Shown in pieces: positions 1 to 9,690 of a stretch of DNA of 32,000 nucleotides; the first letter of the stretch is position 1, and each line of letters opens with the position of its first letter. The stretch is from contig NC_012803.1 in assembly GCF_000023205.1 (NCBI RefSeq), positions 630,001 through 662,000 on the forward strand, in the 5' to 3' direction. The position numbers were made by a program, and so were the translations under genes. Below the pieces are notes generated by a model that saw only the letters and a program-made list of their open reading frames with translations, did not search any database and was not told where the DNA came from. Origin of the DNA: Micrococcus luteus NCTC 2665 (GTDB lineage Bacteria; Actinomycetota; Actinomycetes; Actinomycetales; Micrococcaceae).

Positions 1-1
1 G

Positions 2-304
2 CTGGACGCCATGAGTGTGGGTCTGCCCGTCGCCGCGACGCCGCTAGGTGTGGAGGGAATCCCTGTCACGGCAGGGGTGGACGCCCTGGTGGGGGACACT
101 ACGGAGGAGCTCGTCGAACACATCCGCGCTCTCATGGAGCAGCCGGAGCGCGCGGACCGGATCGGCCGGGCAGGATGGGAGCTGCTGCGGACGACGCTCT
201 CCGCGCAGCGGGTGCGGAGCGCATGGGACGATGCTGTCAGGAGCGCGGTTCGCCATGGGCCCGCCACCGACCGGCCCGGCGCGGTACCGCGGCCCAGAGC
301 ATAA
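2..304 (+). CDS. Glycosyltransferase family 1 (GT-B), C-terminal fragment; the 5-prime end lies outside the window
   Basis: The translation ...GLPVAATPLGVEGIPVTAGVDALVGD..EELVEHIRALMEQPERADRIGRAGWELL matches the usual GT1 C-terminal pattern (G.PVVat..gg..e.v..g..G.lv). The frame is open from the window edge and the stop is at 302-304. Confidence 0.7.
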   Translation: MDAMSVGLPVAATPLGVEGIPVTAGVDALVGDTTEELVEHIRALMEQPERADRIGRAGWELLRTTLSAQRVRSAWDDAVRSAVRHGPATDRPGAVPRPRA

Positions 305-315
305 AGGAACCCACG

Positions 316-1257
316 ATGACCTCACCGCTCACCGACGTCACCGACCTCCTGACCCGACGTCCACTGGGCTCCGAGCTCCAGGCGTCCGGCCTCGGGGTAG
401 GCACCGCACGGCTCGGCGCCTTCTGGCAGGGCCGTGGTGTGCGCGAGGGGGCCCGCACCCTCGAGGCTGCCCTGGACCTGGGGGTGACCCTGGTGGACAC
501 CGCCGACGTCTACGCCCGGGGGATCGCTGAGCGGCTCGTGGGCCGTGCTGTTGCCACCCGGCCCGATGTCGCTGTGATGACCAAAGCGGGGCTGCTGAAG
601 ACCCCGCAGGCACTGGTGGCGGCATCCCGTGCAACCGGCACCCGGCCGTCGCCGTCCGGGCTCAAGACCTCGGCCGCGGCGGGTCGCTGCTTCCACCCCG
701 GGTACCTGCGCTGGGCCCTGGAGGGCTCGCTCCGGCGGCTGCGGATGGAGCACATCCCCGTCTACCTCCTCCACGAGCCGGAGCTCTCCGACGTGCAGGA
801 CCCTCAGGTGGTGGAGGCCATGACGGGGTTCGTCCGCGAGGGCCTCGTCGGGGCCTGGGGGGTGTCCACCCCGGACCCCCAGGTGGCCGTGGCGGCGCTC
901 GACCTGCCTGGCACTCCGTGGGTGCAGGCGCTCGCCGGGCCGGACCACGCCGCGCTGGCGGACCGGCTCACGGAGCATCCCCGCCGGGGCCAGGCGGTGC
1001 TGGTCGGCATCGGCGCCCTCGGAGACGGCGCCCTCGTCCCTGAGCTCGCGGAGCGGACCGGTCTGCCCGGGTCCGACGTGGTGGTGTCTCTGCTGGACCG
1101 GGCCATCGTCCGAATGCGGCCGGACGCCGTGCTGCTCGGTATGAGCACCGCCGAGCACGCTGTCCGCAATCTCGCGCGCCTGCGGGCGGGGGCGCCGCTG
1201 CTGGACGGCCCCACCCTCGAACGCCTGCTCACCCCCGGAGAGGAGCCCACCGCATGA
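316..1257 (+). CDS. Aldo/keto reductase family oxidoreductase
   Basis: AKR hallmarks are visible: DTADVYARG (Asp/Tyr), MTKAG (Lys), LLHEP (His). ATG 316 is preceded by AAAGGAA at 304-310. The longer ORF from 175 overlaps the upstream gene and was not used. The stop overlaps the next start (ATGA at 1254-1257). Confidence 0.85.
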   Translation: MTSPLTDVTDLLTRRPLGSELQASGLGVGTARLGAFWQGRGVREGARTLEAALDLGVTLVDTADVYARGIAERLVGRAVATRPDVAVMTKAGLLKTPQALVAASRATGTRPSPSGLKTSAAAGRCFHPGYLRWALEGSLRRLRMEHIPVYLLHEPELSDVQDPQVVEAMTGFVREGLVGAWGVSTPDPQVAVAALDLPGTPWVQALAGPDHAALADRLTEHPRRGQAVLVGIGALGDGALVPELAERTGLPGSDVVVSLLDRAIVRMRPDAVLLGMSTAEHAVRNLARLRAGAPLLDGPTLERLLTPGEEPTA

Positions 1258-2969
1258 GCACCCTGGACGCACGCACCCTGCCCGTCGGCGCCCACCTGAG
1301 CGCCGACGTCGTGGTGATCGGCACGGGCCCCTCCGGGATGACCGTGGCCCGTGAGCTCGCCGACACCGGCCGGGACATCCTGCTGCTCGAAGGTGGTTCC
1401 CTGGACGTGGACGCGGAGCTGCAGGACACCCTGAAGGGGGATGCACACTCGCAGCGCGCCGAGCCGCTGGAGAAGGCCCGGCAGAAGGGCCTGGGCGGGG
1501 CGAGTCATCAGTGGGGCGGGCGCACCGCGCCGTTCTCCCCCCTGGACTTCGAGGCTCGCCCCGGGCTCGGCATCCCGGAGCCCTGGTCCTTCAGCCGGCA
1601 GGACCTGGAGCCGTACTACCGCCGGGCCGCCCAGGCGCTCGACCTGCGCCGCTACGAGTGGGACGCCGCGACCGCCCTCCCGGGGGACCCGGAGCACCTG
1701 CTCGGGCGAGGCCAGGACATCGTGGAGGACACCGGACTGTGGCGCTTCTCCCCGCCGGTGCGCTTCGGGGACGTCTACCGCCGCGAGCTGGACCACCGTG
1801 CCAACCTGCGCCTGCTGCATCACGCCAACGTCGTGCGCCTGGTGGCGGAGGAGCGTGCGGACGCCGGAGACGCCGAGGTCACGCAGGTCGTGGCCGCCTC
1901 CGCCCCCGGCCGGACCTTCACGGTGACCGGCCGGATCGTGGTGGTGGCGGCCGGTGGCCTGGAGTCGGCGCGCCTCCTGCTGCACTCGGAGGTCGGGACT
2001 GCCCATGACCAGGTGGGCCGGAACTACATGATCCACCCCATTGCCGAGGTCGGGGAGCTGCAGCTGAGCGACCCGCACTCGGCGGACACCGCCACGCGCT
2101 ACGTCAAGTCCCATGACGGCGTCTGGGTGCGTCGCCTGCTGACGCTCACCGAGCGCGTCCGGCGCGAGCAGGACCTGCTCCACATGGGTTATGCCATCTG
2201 GTATGAGGACCCGATGGACCCCTCCCACGGGGACCCGCTGCTCTCGGCCTACGTCCTGGCCCGCAAGGCGCTGATCCAGCTGGACGGTTTCAAGTCCGCC
2301 GGCATGCATCGGCGCTTCGCCGCGGCCGGCGGCACCGCGCAGCACGTGCGCAACGTGGCGTTGGGAGCGCCCCAGCTCGCGGCCTTTGCATACACGTGGG
2401 CCCGCGACCGCTGGGCTGATCCGCGCACGCTCCCGGCGTTCACGCGCCGTTCCAAGCAGGGTCGCTACCGCATCCGGTTCGACGCCGAGCAGTCGCCCTC
2501 GCCGGAGAACCGCGTGACCCTGTCCCGGGATGAGCGGGACGCCTTCGGCGTTCCCCGGCTGCACGTGGCCCACCGGGTGGGGGACACGGACCGAGAGAAC
2601 TACCACCGGTCCCTGACCCTCCTGGCTGAGGGCTTCGCGCGCTCGGGCTTCGGCACCTACACCCCGCCGTCCCTGGACCACCTGCTCTCCCTGGAGCTCA
2701 CGGACGCCACCCACCAGATGGGCCTGGTGCGCACCGGCACCCGTCCGGAGACGTCGGTCGTCGACCCGGACCTGCGGGTGTGGGGAACGCGTAACCTGTA
2801 CATCAGCTCCACCGGCGTCTTCCCGACCGCGAGTCATGCAGGGCCGACCATGACGGCCGTGGCGGTGGCGACCCGCCTGGCCGACCACCTGCGCCGACGT
2901 CTCGTGGCCGGAACCGGCGCCGTCATCGATCACACGCGCCCGAGGCGCGAGGAGGGACCAGCATCATGA
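1254..2969 (+). CDS. GMC-family FAD-dependent oxidoreductase
   Basis: N-terminal Rossmann motif VVVIGTGPSGMTVARELA...LLLEGG. C-terminal GMC signature THQMGLVRTG....VVDPDLRVWGTRNLYISSTGVFPT. ATGA overlaps at both ends (1254, 2966). Confidence 0.85.
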   Translation: MSTLDARTLPVGAHLSADVVVIGTGPSGMTVARELADTGRDILLLEGGSLDVDAELQDTLKGDAHSQRAEPLEKARQKGLGGASHQWGGRTAPFSPLDFEARPGLGIPEPWSFSRQDLEPYYRRAAQALDLRRYEWDAATALPGDPEHLLGRGQDIVEDTGLWRFSPPVRFGDVYRRELDHRANLRLLHHANVVRLVAEERADAGDAEVTQVVAASAPGRTFTVTGRIVVVAAGGLESARLLLHSEVGTAHDQVGRNYMIHPIAEVGELQLSDPHSADTATRYVKSHDGVWVRRLLTLTERVRREQDLLHMGYAIWYEDPMDPSHGDPLLSAYVLARKALIQLDGFKSAGMHRRFAAAGGTAQHVRNVALGAPQLAAFAYTWARDRWADPRTLPAFTRRSKQGRYRIRFDAEQSPSPENRVTLSRDERDAFGVPRLHVAHRVGDTDRENYHRSLTLLAEGFARSGFGTYTPPSLDHLLSLELTDATHQMGLVRTGTRPETSVVDPDLRVWGTRNLYISSTGVFPTASHAGPTMTAVAVATRLADHLRRRLVAGTGAVIDHTRPRREEGPAS

Positions 2970-3559
2970 AGGATCTGACCGGGTTCACTGGAGTCGGGTA
3001 TGACAAGGGCCGCCCCAAGGTGGTGCAGGCCGCCTGGCTGGCCGTCCAGGGAGCGGTGCTGCAGCACTGGTGGTGCCCAGCTACGCTCCGCACCGCGACC
3101 CTCCGGGCGTTCGGGGCCGAGATCGGCGAGGACGTGCTGGTGAGGCACCGGGTGCGGATCCACTGGCCGTGGAAGCTCTCGATCGGGGACTCCTCATGGA
3201 TCGGCGAGGGCGTCTGGATCCTCAACCTGGAGCCCGTGGAGATCGGCAGCAACACGTGCATCTCCCAGGACGTGTTCATCTGCACCGGGTCCCACCAGTT
3301 CGACGACGACCACTTCGAGTTCGACAACGCCCCCATCCGCATCGGCTCCCGCACCTGGATCGCCGCCCAGGCGACCATCCTGCGCGGGGTGACCATCGGA
3401 GACGACGTCCTCATCGGGGCGAAGTCCCTCGTGGTCAAGGACGTGCCCAGCGGGCACAAGGTCGTGGCCCAGCTCGGGAAGCTCCTGCCCCCCAAGCTGC
3501 GGGACGCGGTAGACGCGCGGGTCGGCTCGCCGGACGGGGAGAAGGCCGCCGCGCTGTGA
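2966..3559 (+). CDS. Left-handed beta-helix (hexapeptide) O-acetyltransferase, WcaF/colanic-acid-type
   Basis: Hexapeptide repeats IGDSSWIGEGVWILN, IGSNTCISQDVFI, IGSRTWIAAQATILRGVTIGDDVLIGAKSLVVKDVP. The N-terminal region (GRPKVVQAAWLAVQGAVLQHWWCP..LR...LRAFGAEIG) is typical of WcaF-like proteins. Confidence 0.85.
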   Translation: MKDLTGFTGVGYDKGRPKVVQAAWLAVQGAVLQHWWCPATLRTATLRAFGAEIGEDVLVRHRVRIHWPWKLSIGDSSWIGEGVWILNLEPVEIGSNTCISQDVFICTGSHQFDDDHFEFDNAPIRIGSRTWIAAQATILRGVTIGDDVLIGAKSLVVKDVPSGHKVVAQLGKLLPPKLRDAVDARVGSPDGEKAAAL

Positions 3560-4704
3560 AGATCATGCACGTCGTCACGCTCGTGACCCCGGACGGGTCC
3601 TTCGGCGGCCCACTCCGGGTCGCCGTCAACCAGGTGCGTGCGCTGCGGGCGCGAGGCCACCAGGTGGACCTCGTGGCCGGCGCACAGGGCTTCGAGGGCC
3701 CGTTGCCGCACGAATACGACGGCGTGACCGTCACCCTCTTCCCGGCCCGACAGGCGGTGCCCGGCACCGGCTTCGCCGGGCTGGTCGCCCCGCGGCTCAC
3801 GGCTTTCGTGGCCCGCCGGGCGCCCGAATACGACGTCGTGCACCTGCACCTGGCCCGCGACCTCGTAGCCTTGCCCACGGCCCTGGCCGCCGCTGCGCGG
3901 CGGGTACCCCTGGTGGTGCACACCCACGGCATGATCGACGCCTCGGACCGGCTCCTGGCGAAGCCGCTCGACCTGGCCATGACGCGCCCCGTGATGCGCA
4001 GCGCCGCAGGGTCGATCGCTCTCGTTCCCCGAGAGAAGACCGATCTGCAGGAGCTGTTCCCGCAGCTCGTGGAGCCCGTCGTCCTCCCCAACGGCGTCCC
4101 GCCCACGGTGGAGCGCGCGGTGGAGCAGCGCGCCGGCGCGGCGGCGGAACACCCGGAGGTGCTGTTCCTGGCGCGGGTGGCCGCGCGCAAGCGGCCCGTC
4201 GAGTTCGTGCGGGCGGCCCAGCTCCTCGCCCCCGCATTCCCGGCCGCCCGGTTCACGCTGATCGGCCCAGACGAGGACCGCGGCGACGCCGTGCGCACGG
4301 CGATCGCCGAGGACGACGCCGACGGCCGCATCGTGTGGGAGGGGCCCCTGGCCCCCGACCGGACGGCCGCCCGGATGGCCGAGGCGGCCGTCTACGTGCT
4401 GCCTGCGGTGGACGAGCCGTTCGGCATGACGCTGATCGAGGCCATGGCGGTCGGCCTGCCGACCGTGGCCAATCACGACTGCGGACTGGCGGAGGACGTG
4501 CGCGCCACCGGCGGCGCCGTCGCGCATGACGACTCGGTGGAGTCCTTGGCGTCCGCAGTCCGGGAACTGCTCACCGACCCGGAGCGGCGCCGCCGTGCCG
4601 GGGCCGCCGGCCTGGAACACGTGGAGCACACCTACTCGATGGACGCCGTGGCCCGACGCCTCGAGACCATCTACGTTGACGCGATCGGGGGGAGTGAGCC
4701 GTGA
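3556..4704 (+). CDS. Glycosyltransferase family 4 (GT-B)
   Basis: GTG 3556 gives (M)KIMHVVTLVTPDGSFGGP, a canonical GT4 N-terminus, and forms a GTGA overlap with the previous stop. ATG 3565 is an alternative start. The C-terminal motif is EPFGMTLIEAMAVGLPTVA. The 544-aa ORF from 3070 is an out-of-context extension. Confidence 0.85.
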   Translation: MKIMHVVTLVTPDGSFGGPLRVAVNQVRALRARGHQVDLVAGAQGFEGPLPHEYDGVTVTLFPARQAVPGTGFAGLVAPRLTAFVARRAPEYDVVHLHLARDLVALPTALAAAARRVPLVVHTHGMIDASDRLLAKPLDLAMTRPVMRSAAGSIALVPREKTDLQELFPQLVEPVVLPNGVPPTVERAVEQRAGAAAEHPEVLFLARVAARKRPVEFVRAAQLLAPAFPAARFTLIGPDEDRGDAVRTAIAEDDADGRIVWEGPLAPDRTAARMAEAAVYVLPAVDEPFGMTLIEAMAVGLPTVANHDCGLAEDVRATGGAVAHDDSVESLASAVRELLTDPERRRRAGAAGLEHVEHTYSMDAVARRLETIYVDAIGGSEP

Positions 4705-6032
4705 CCCTGGCACTGATGGTGATGACCGGGTCCCTGCTGTTCGCCCTGGTCTTCTGGAACCGGCCGGCGGTGGTGCTGTCCGCCGTGGTGGCGGTGCGCA
4801 TCCTCGTTCCTGGTATGGCGGAGGGGTTCCTCACCCCGGTGCTCCACCCCGCCATGTACCTGCTGGTGGCTCATACGGCTGTCCAAGCGGTCTTCGCGTG
4901 GCCACGCTTCCTGCGGGCGCTTCGGGCTCCCGGCATCGTGTGGATGCTGACCCTTCTCGCTGTCGTATCGCTCATGATGCTGGACGGGCTCAATCCCTAT
5001 GGCCGTGGACTGATCGGCACCGCCGTGGTGGCCTTCCAGATCGTTTTGCTCCCGGTGCTGATGTTTCTACTCATCCGGGATGAGGTCCGCCACCGCCCCA
5101 GCTCCCTTGGCTGGTTCGTCTACCCCCTGCTCCTCGTCAGCGTCTTCGAGGCCGTGCTGGCGATCGTCCAGGTCAATGTCGAACGCGCGATCTTCTGGGA
5201 GGACCTCCTCTCCAACAGCTGGTTCCTCAGGGGCGACCAGATCTCCCGTGCCGTCGGCACACTGGGGCACGGGATCCAGGTGGGGACGCTGATGTCGGCC
5301 GCCACTGTGCTCACCGTGTTCGTGCGCTACGTGTGGCTCCGCTTTGGCCTGATCGTGCTGTTCGTGTACGCCACCCTCGTCGCTGAGGCGCGGGCGGGAC
5401 TCGTGGTCAGCCTGCTCGGCGCCGTGGTGGTCCTGCTGGTCTCTTTGGTTCGTCGGCCCATTGCATCGGCGATGTGGGGGACTCTCGCAGGCGGCGCGCT
5501 GCTCCGGGTGCTGAACAGCGAGGCCGGCCTGGCGCTCCAGCGCAAGTTCGTCGACGACGGGTCGTCCACCCAACTCCGTGTGATCGCCGCCGAATGGTTC
5601 CTGGAGCGCTGGCCGGAGTTCTCACTGGTCGGGTACTTTGGGCCGCGGAATCTGCGCGAAGACGGGTACCTGGGCTCCTCCTTGGAGAACGGCTACTTCA
5701 TCTTCGGCGTGTCCTTCGGCGTGCTGTGCGCGGTCCTCTACCTCCTCCTGCAGCTGGGCACCCTGCTGCGCGCCGTGACGCCTCGGGCGGGAAGGGGACG
5801 TTCCGCCGCGCTGGCCTTCGCGGCGGTGGCCATGCTCGTGGCTGGCGTGGGCTCCAGTGCGTTCATGGCTCAGGGCCCGGACGGATTCCTGTTCTGGGCG
5901 CTGTGCGGCATGGCGTACGCGGACGCTCGCCACATCCGACTCGGGCCAACGGAGCCGTCGGCCGCCTCGGAGCGACTGTCGCTTGCTTCTGGCGCGGTGC
6001 CTTCATCCCAGGCCGCCCCCGTGCGCCCTTGA
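4701..6032 (+). CDS. Polytopic membrane protein, O-antigen ligase/polymerase (Wzy-like) family
   Basis: About 10 or more hydrophobic segments by eye, with a larger loop region (LQRKFVDDGSSTQLRVIAAEWFLERWPEF). Its position between GT genes fits a Wzy role. GTG start at 4701 in a GTGA overlap with the upstream stop. Confidence 0.65.
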   Translation: MTLALMVMTGSLLFALVFWNRPAVVLSAVVAVRILVPGMAEGFLTPVLHPAMYLLVAHTAVQAVFAWPRFLRALRAPGIVWMLTLLAVVSLMMLDGLNPYGRGLIGTAVVAFQIVLLPVLMFLLIRDEVRHRPSSLGWFVYPLLLVSVFEAVLAIVQVNVERAIFWEDLLSNSWFLRGDQISRAVGTLGHGIQVGTLMSAATVLTVFVRYVWLRFGLIVLFVYATLVAEARAGLVVSLLGAVVVLLVSLVRRPIASAMWGTLAGGALLRVLNSEAGLALQRKFVDDGSSTQLRVIAAEWFLERWPEFSLVGYFGPRNLREDGYLGSSLENGYFIFGVSFGVLCAVLYLLLQLGTLLRAVTPRAGRGRSAALAFAAVAMLVAGVGSSAFMAQGPDGFLFWALCGMAYADARHIRLGPTEPSAASERLSLASGAVPSSQAAPVRP

Positions 6033-6081
6033 CCTGGAACACCCTCGACCTCGATTCGACCTACGGCAGACGGAGCAGTGA

Positions 6082-7395
6082 ATGAAGATCTTGGTGGTGT
6101 CCTACTCGACGCATCCCGAGCCCCTGCAGATGGCGGGGGCCCTCACCCGTGCTGGCCACGAGGTCCAGGTCGTCACGGCGGCGTCCTTCGGCCGCGATGC
6201 ATGGATCATGAAGGCCGCCCGTGCGGCCGGACGCCGGGGGATCCTTGGTGGGGTGACCCGGGAGATCCTGCGCCGGGAGCTGCCGGACGGCCTCTCTGAC
6301 CGCCAGATCATCCGTGGCGGGCATCTGAACGAGCTGCAGAACCTCCTGCATCGGAAGCTCCGCGGCGACCTCGAGTCCGCAGGCGCCGCGATGCTGCGAC
6401 GCAACGACCAGCTGGGTGAGCGGCTGCGTGGGCAGCTCCGCCGCCGTCGCTCCCCAATGGCAGACGTCGATATGATCGTGGCACAGCAGGGATCCGCTTT
6501 TCCGGTGTTCACTGAGGTTGGCCCATCCGCGGTGCGCGTCCTGAACTACCCCATCGCCCATCACCGCTGGCTGGCGCGCGAGATGGCGCGGGAGTTCGCC
6601 CTCCGGCCGGACCGCGCCGGGGCGATCTACCTCTCCGACCGCCCCGACGAGGAGGCGCTGGCAACGCTGGATGCTGAGATCGATGCTGCCGACCACCTCA
6701 TCGTGGGCAGCACGTTCGTGAAACGCACCTGCGTGGAGTACGGCGTGGACCCGGAACGGATCTCCGTGTTGCCCCTGGCCGCCGTGAGTCCGGAGTTCAC
6801 GGAGGCGGACCATGTCCACCACTTCCCGGATGGGGAGGCGCTCAGGGTCGTGTTCGCGGGGCAGGTGACACAGCGGAAGGGAATCTACTACCTTCTCGAC
6901 GCACTGGACATGCTGCCTGAGGGCATGGCACACCTTGTGGTCATCGGCGAGGGGCCGCGGGAGATTATGGCTGACATCCGCACGCGCTCCGATGTCACCG
7001 TGCTGGGCAGCATGCCCCGCAGTCGGCTCATGGCGCTCGTCTCCGAGGCTGACGTGAGTGCCCTGCCATCCCTTGGCGAGGGTTTTCCGCTGACGCAGAT
7101 CGAGGCGATGTCCGTGGGGACACCCGTGATCGTCTCCACAGCCACCTTTGGACACGACGTTGTCACCGAGGGGGTGGACGGCTTCGTGGTGGAGCCGCGG
7201 GACACGGAGGCGATCGCCCAGCATCTTCGTGCCCTCGCCGAGGACAGGGGGTTGGCGCGGCGCATGGGCGAGGCGGCCGCCGTGACGGCGAGGGGCTTCA
7301 CCTGGGACCGGTACCGCGAACGGGTCGTTCCCTTGGTGGAGGGCGTCGCGCGAGGACATTCGGTCACCTCCCCGGGGAGCCCGGCCCGCTCCTGA
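6082..7395 (+). CDS. Glycosyltransferase family 4 (GT-B)
   Basis: Starts MKILVVSY. C-terminal motif PSLGEGFPLTQIEAMSVGTPVIVS...EGVDGFVVEP. GGAG lies 6 nt upstream of ATG 6082. Confidence 0.85.
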   Translation: MKILVVSYSTHPEPLQMAGALTRAGHEVQVVTAASFGRDAWIMKAARAAGRRGILGGVTREILRRELPDGLSDRQIIRGGHLNELQNLLHRKLRGDLESAGAAMLRRNDQLGERLRGQLRRRRSPMADVDMIVAQQGSAFPVFTEVGPSAVRVLNYPIAHHRWLAREMAREFALRPDRAGAIYLSDRPDEEALATLDAEIDAADHLIVGSTFVKRTCVEYGVDPERISVLPLAAVSPEFTEADHVHHFPDGEALRVVFAGQVTQRKGIYYLLDALDMLPEGMAHLVVIGEGPREIMADIRTRSDVTVLGSMPRSRLMALVSEADVSALPSLGEGFPLTQIEAMSVGTPVIVSTATFGHDVVTEGVDGFVVEPRDTEAIAQHLRALAEDRGLARRMGEAAAVTARGFTWDRYRERVVPLVEGVARGHSVTSPGSPARS

Positions 7396-7403
7396 TGGGC
7401 ATG

Positions 7404-7441
7404 CCCTCCTCCAGGCCGCTGTCGCGGCTGTGAACGGAGGG
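7404..7441. terminator. Weak composite hairpin between the convergent GT4 and acyltransferase genes
   Basis: CCCTCC (7404-7409) pairs with GGAGGG (7436-7441). These enclose an inner hairpin GCCGC-tgtc-GCGGC (7415-7428). There is no U-tract. Confidence 0.25.
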
Positions 7442-7464
7442 TGGTCAGGAGCGGAGTGCCACGC

Positions 7465-9582
7465 TCACCTGCGCCGTGCGTCCGGGGCTGCCGCGAGGTC
7501 GGGGAGGCCGTCCTCAAGTTCAGTCCTCAGGACGTCCCCCAAGGACTCGGCGTAGGCCGCGGTGATGTGTGTCGGGTCGGTGCGGACGACCATGCCGCTG
7601 ACGGCGGCGGGACATTTCCCCTCCACCGTGCAGAACCACGGACGGACATCAATGTAGGGAACACCGGCCCTCTCGGCTCCTGCCTCGAGCGAGGACGCGA
7701 CCTCGGGCGTCTCGGGCGACCACGAGGTGAGGCAATCGTGGGTGTCACCGATCCGCAGGACGCAGGTGCGCAGATCCGCTGCGGGAGGCGGGGACCCCAG
7801 GGCGACGACCTCCGCGCCGGAGGTACGCCACTGGGAGATGGCCTCCGCGGCGCCCTCCGCCCATGCTCCCCAGAGTTCGGGACCCGGCTGCAGGAGGTAT
7901 CCGCCCTGGGCACCCGATGCGATCACCAGGTCCGGAGCCGTATCCTCCACGAGGCGGTCGACAGCGTCGCGACTGCGGGCGCACTGGCCGACGAAGGCAG
8001 GGTCTCCCCAGCGGGCGCCGTGTTCGGCGTCCCACGGGGCGCAGCTGGCGACGCCCACGACCGTCAGAGTCCAAGCCGGACCCAGGGCACGATGGACAGC
8101 CGGCGTCCACGCCAGTGCCACTGAATCCCCGACGAGCATGGCATGACGAGGCCCGTCTCCGAACACGCAGGTCTTCAGGTCAGTGGTACCGACGGTATTC
8201 GGGCAGGCGTGCATCGGGGCCGCGATCTGGCGCTGCGTCAATGCGTCTGGGGAGGGCGCGAACTCCCCACCCGCCCATGGCTGCGGAGCTGCCACGGCCG
8301 CCGACACGGCATCGGCCACTGCCGACGCGTCAGCGAACGCGGCAGGCGCGGAGGCCGGAGCCACGCTCATCGTCCGGTCCGCGATCACGCCCCAGCGCGA
8401 GGGGAGGAACTGGATGACGGTGAAGAGGGCGATCGCGGCCGCGACAGCCGCGCCCACCGCGAACGAGCGGCCACGGGAGGACGGCATACGGGTGGAGCGC
8501 GGAGGGGCGATGCCGTCATCCTCGGCTGCAGGGGCGGCAGAGCGGGAGCGCCCGCGACGGCGCCGGAACGGCTCCTCGATGTACCGGTGCGAGGCCCAGG
8601 CGAGTCCCAGGCTGATGCCGATGGCGGCGAACTGCTGGGGCACGGTCTCCAGAGTCCCGGCGGTGGAAGCGAAGACCACGACGGGAAAGTGCCAGAGATA
8701 CAGCGAGTAGGAGCGGTCTCCGAGCCACACGGCCACGGGGTTCGTCAGGATCGGATGGAGGTGGGCATCCTTGCGTGCGGCGACCACGAGGGCGGAGCCG
8801 ACGACGGGGACCAGGGCCGCGAGGCCCGGGAAGGGCGTGGACTCGGAGATCAGGAATGCTCCCACGACGATCATCGCGACCCCGGCGATCAGGAACCATC
8901 GCTGGGCCGCCCAGCACCAGGAACCGGGCCGGTGCAGGGTGCCGCGGTGGGCGAGCACGGCGAGGAACGCGCCGACAAGCAGCTCCCAGCTGCGGGAGAT
9001 GAGATCGAAGTACGCGACCTCGGGACGGGCCGCGACGAGCACCACGGACCAGATGAACCCCGCCGTCAGCAGCGCACCCACACCCAGGAGGGTCCACCGG
9101 GAGGAGGCGGCAAGCCTGCGGTCTCCGCGCGCCGTGCCGAAGCGGGCGGCGAGGACCGTCACTCCCACGAGCAGCCAGGGCCAGGCCGCGTAGAACTGCT
9201 CCTCCACGGACAAGGACCAGTAGTGCTGGAAGGGCGAGGGGTGGTCGCCGCCGGCCAGGTAGTCCGTCCCTGTGGCGACGAAGTGCCAGTTGGCGACCCA
9301 CAGGACGGACCAGAGGCCGTCCAGCGTCACCTGCAGGGCGCGAGGGGTAAACCACACGATCCATGCGACGGCGACGGTCACGACGGCGGTCACGACAGCT
9401 GCCGGGACGATCCGCCGCACCCGCGAGGTGTAGAACTGCATGAGGTCGATCCGCCCGTGCCGAGCGATGTCCCGAAGCAGGATTCCCGTGATCAGAAACC
9501 CGCTGACCACGAAGAACACGTCCACGCCGATGAACCCGCCGGCGGGCAGGCCCGCAGTGTGCTGCAGGACGACGAGGGTCAC
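7465..9582 (-). CDS. OafA-like O-acyltransferase: acyltransferase-3 membrane domain fused to a C-terminal SGNH domain (start codon uncertain)
   Basis: N-terminal GVDVFFVVSGFLITG plus many TM helices. C-terminal MLVGDSVALAW (GDS of SGNH). The only canonical in-frame start is GTG 9582, but the conserved RPDIQGLR motif is encoded upstream of it (see finding). Confidence 0.85.
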   Translation of the reverse strand: MTLVVLQHTAGLPAGGFIGVDVFFVVSGFLITGILLRDIARHGRIDLMQFYTSRVRRIVPAAVVTAVVTVAVAWIVWFTPRALQVTLDGLWSVLWVANWHFVATGTDYLAGGDHPSPFQHYWSLSVEEQFYAAWPWLLVGVTVLAARFGTARGDRRLAASSRWTLLGVGALLTAGFIWSVVLVAARPEVAYFDLISRSWELLVGAFLAVLAHRGTLHRPGSWCWAAQRWFLIAGVAMIVVGAFLISESTPFPGLAALVPVVGSALVVAARKDAHLHPILTNPVAVWLGDRSYSLYLWHFPVVVFASTAGTLETVPQQFAAIGISLGLAWASHRYIEEPFRRRRGRSRSAAPAAEDDGIAPPRSTRMPSSRGRSFAVGAAVAAAIALFTVIQFLPSRWGVIADRTMSVAPASAPAAFADASAVADAVSAAVAAPQPWAGGEFAPSPDALTQRQIAAPMHACPNTVGTTDLKTCVFGDGPRHAMLVGDSVALAWTPAVHRALGPAWTLTVVGVASCAPWDAEHGARWGDPAFVGQCARSRDAVDRLVEDTAPDLVIASGAQGGYLLQPGPELWGAWAEGAAEAISQWRTSGAEVVALGSPPPAADLRTCVLRIGDTHDCLTSWSPETPEVASSLEAGAERAGVPYIDVRPWFCTVEGKCPAAVSGMVVRTDPTHITAAYAESLGDVLRTELEDGLPDLAAAPDARRR

Positions 9583-9690
9583 GGCAATGGTGCGCAGTCC
9601 CTGGATGTCAGGCCGGTGGCGCCGGGGGACTCCGGGATGGTCAAGGTCGGTGCGCGGATCGACCCCCAGGGCCGGGGGGCGAGGCGGCGC

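Noticed and set aside
322-4713. Long ORFs antisense or out of frame to the annotated genes (for example 322-1446 minus, 804-2933 minus, 2923-4713 minus, 3070-3555 plus).
   Set aside because: Their translations are Arg/Pro/Gly/His-rich low-complexity strings with no motifs. This is typical of shadow ORFs in very GC-rich DNA. The opposite or alternate frames carry clear enzyme signatures.
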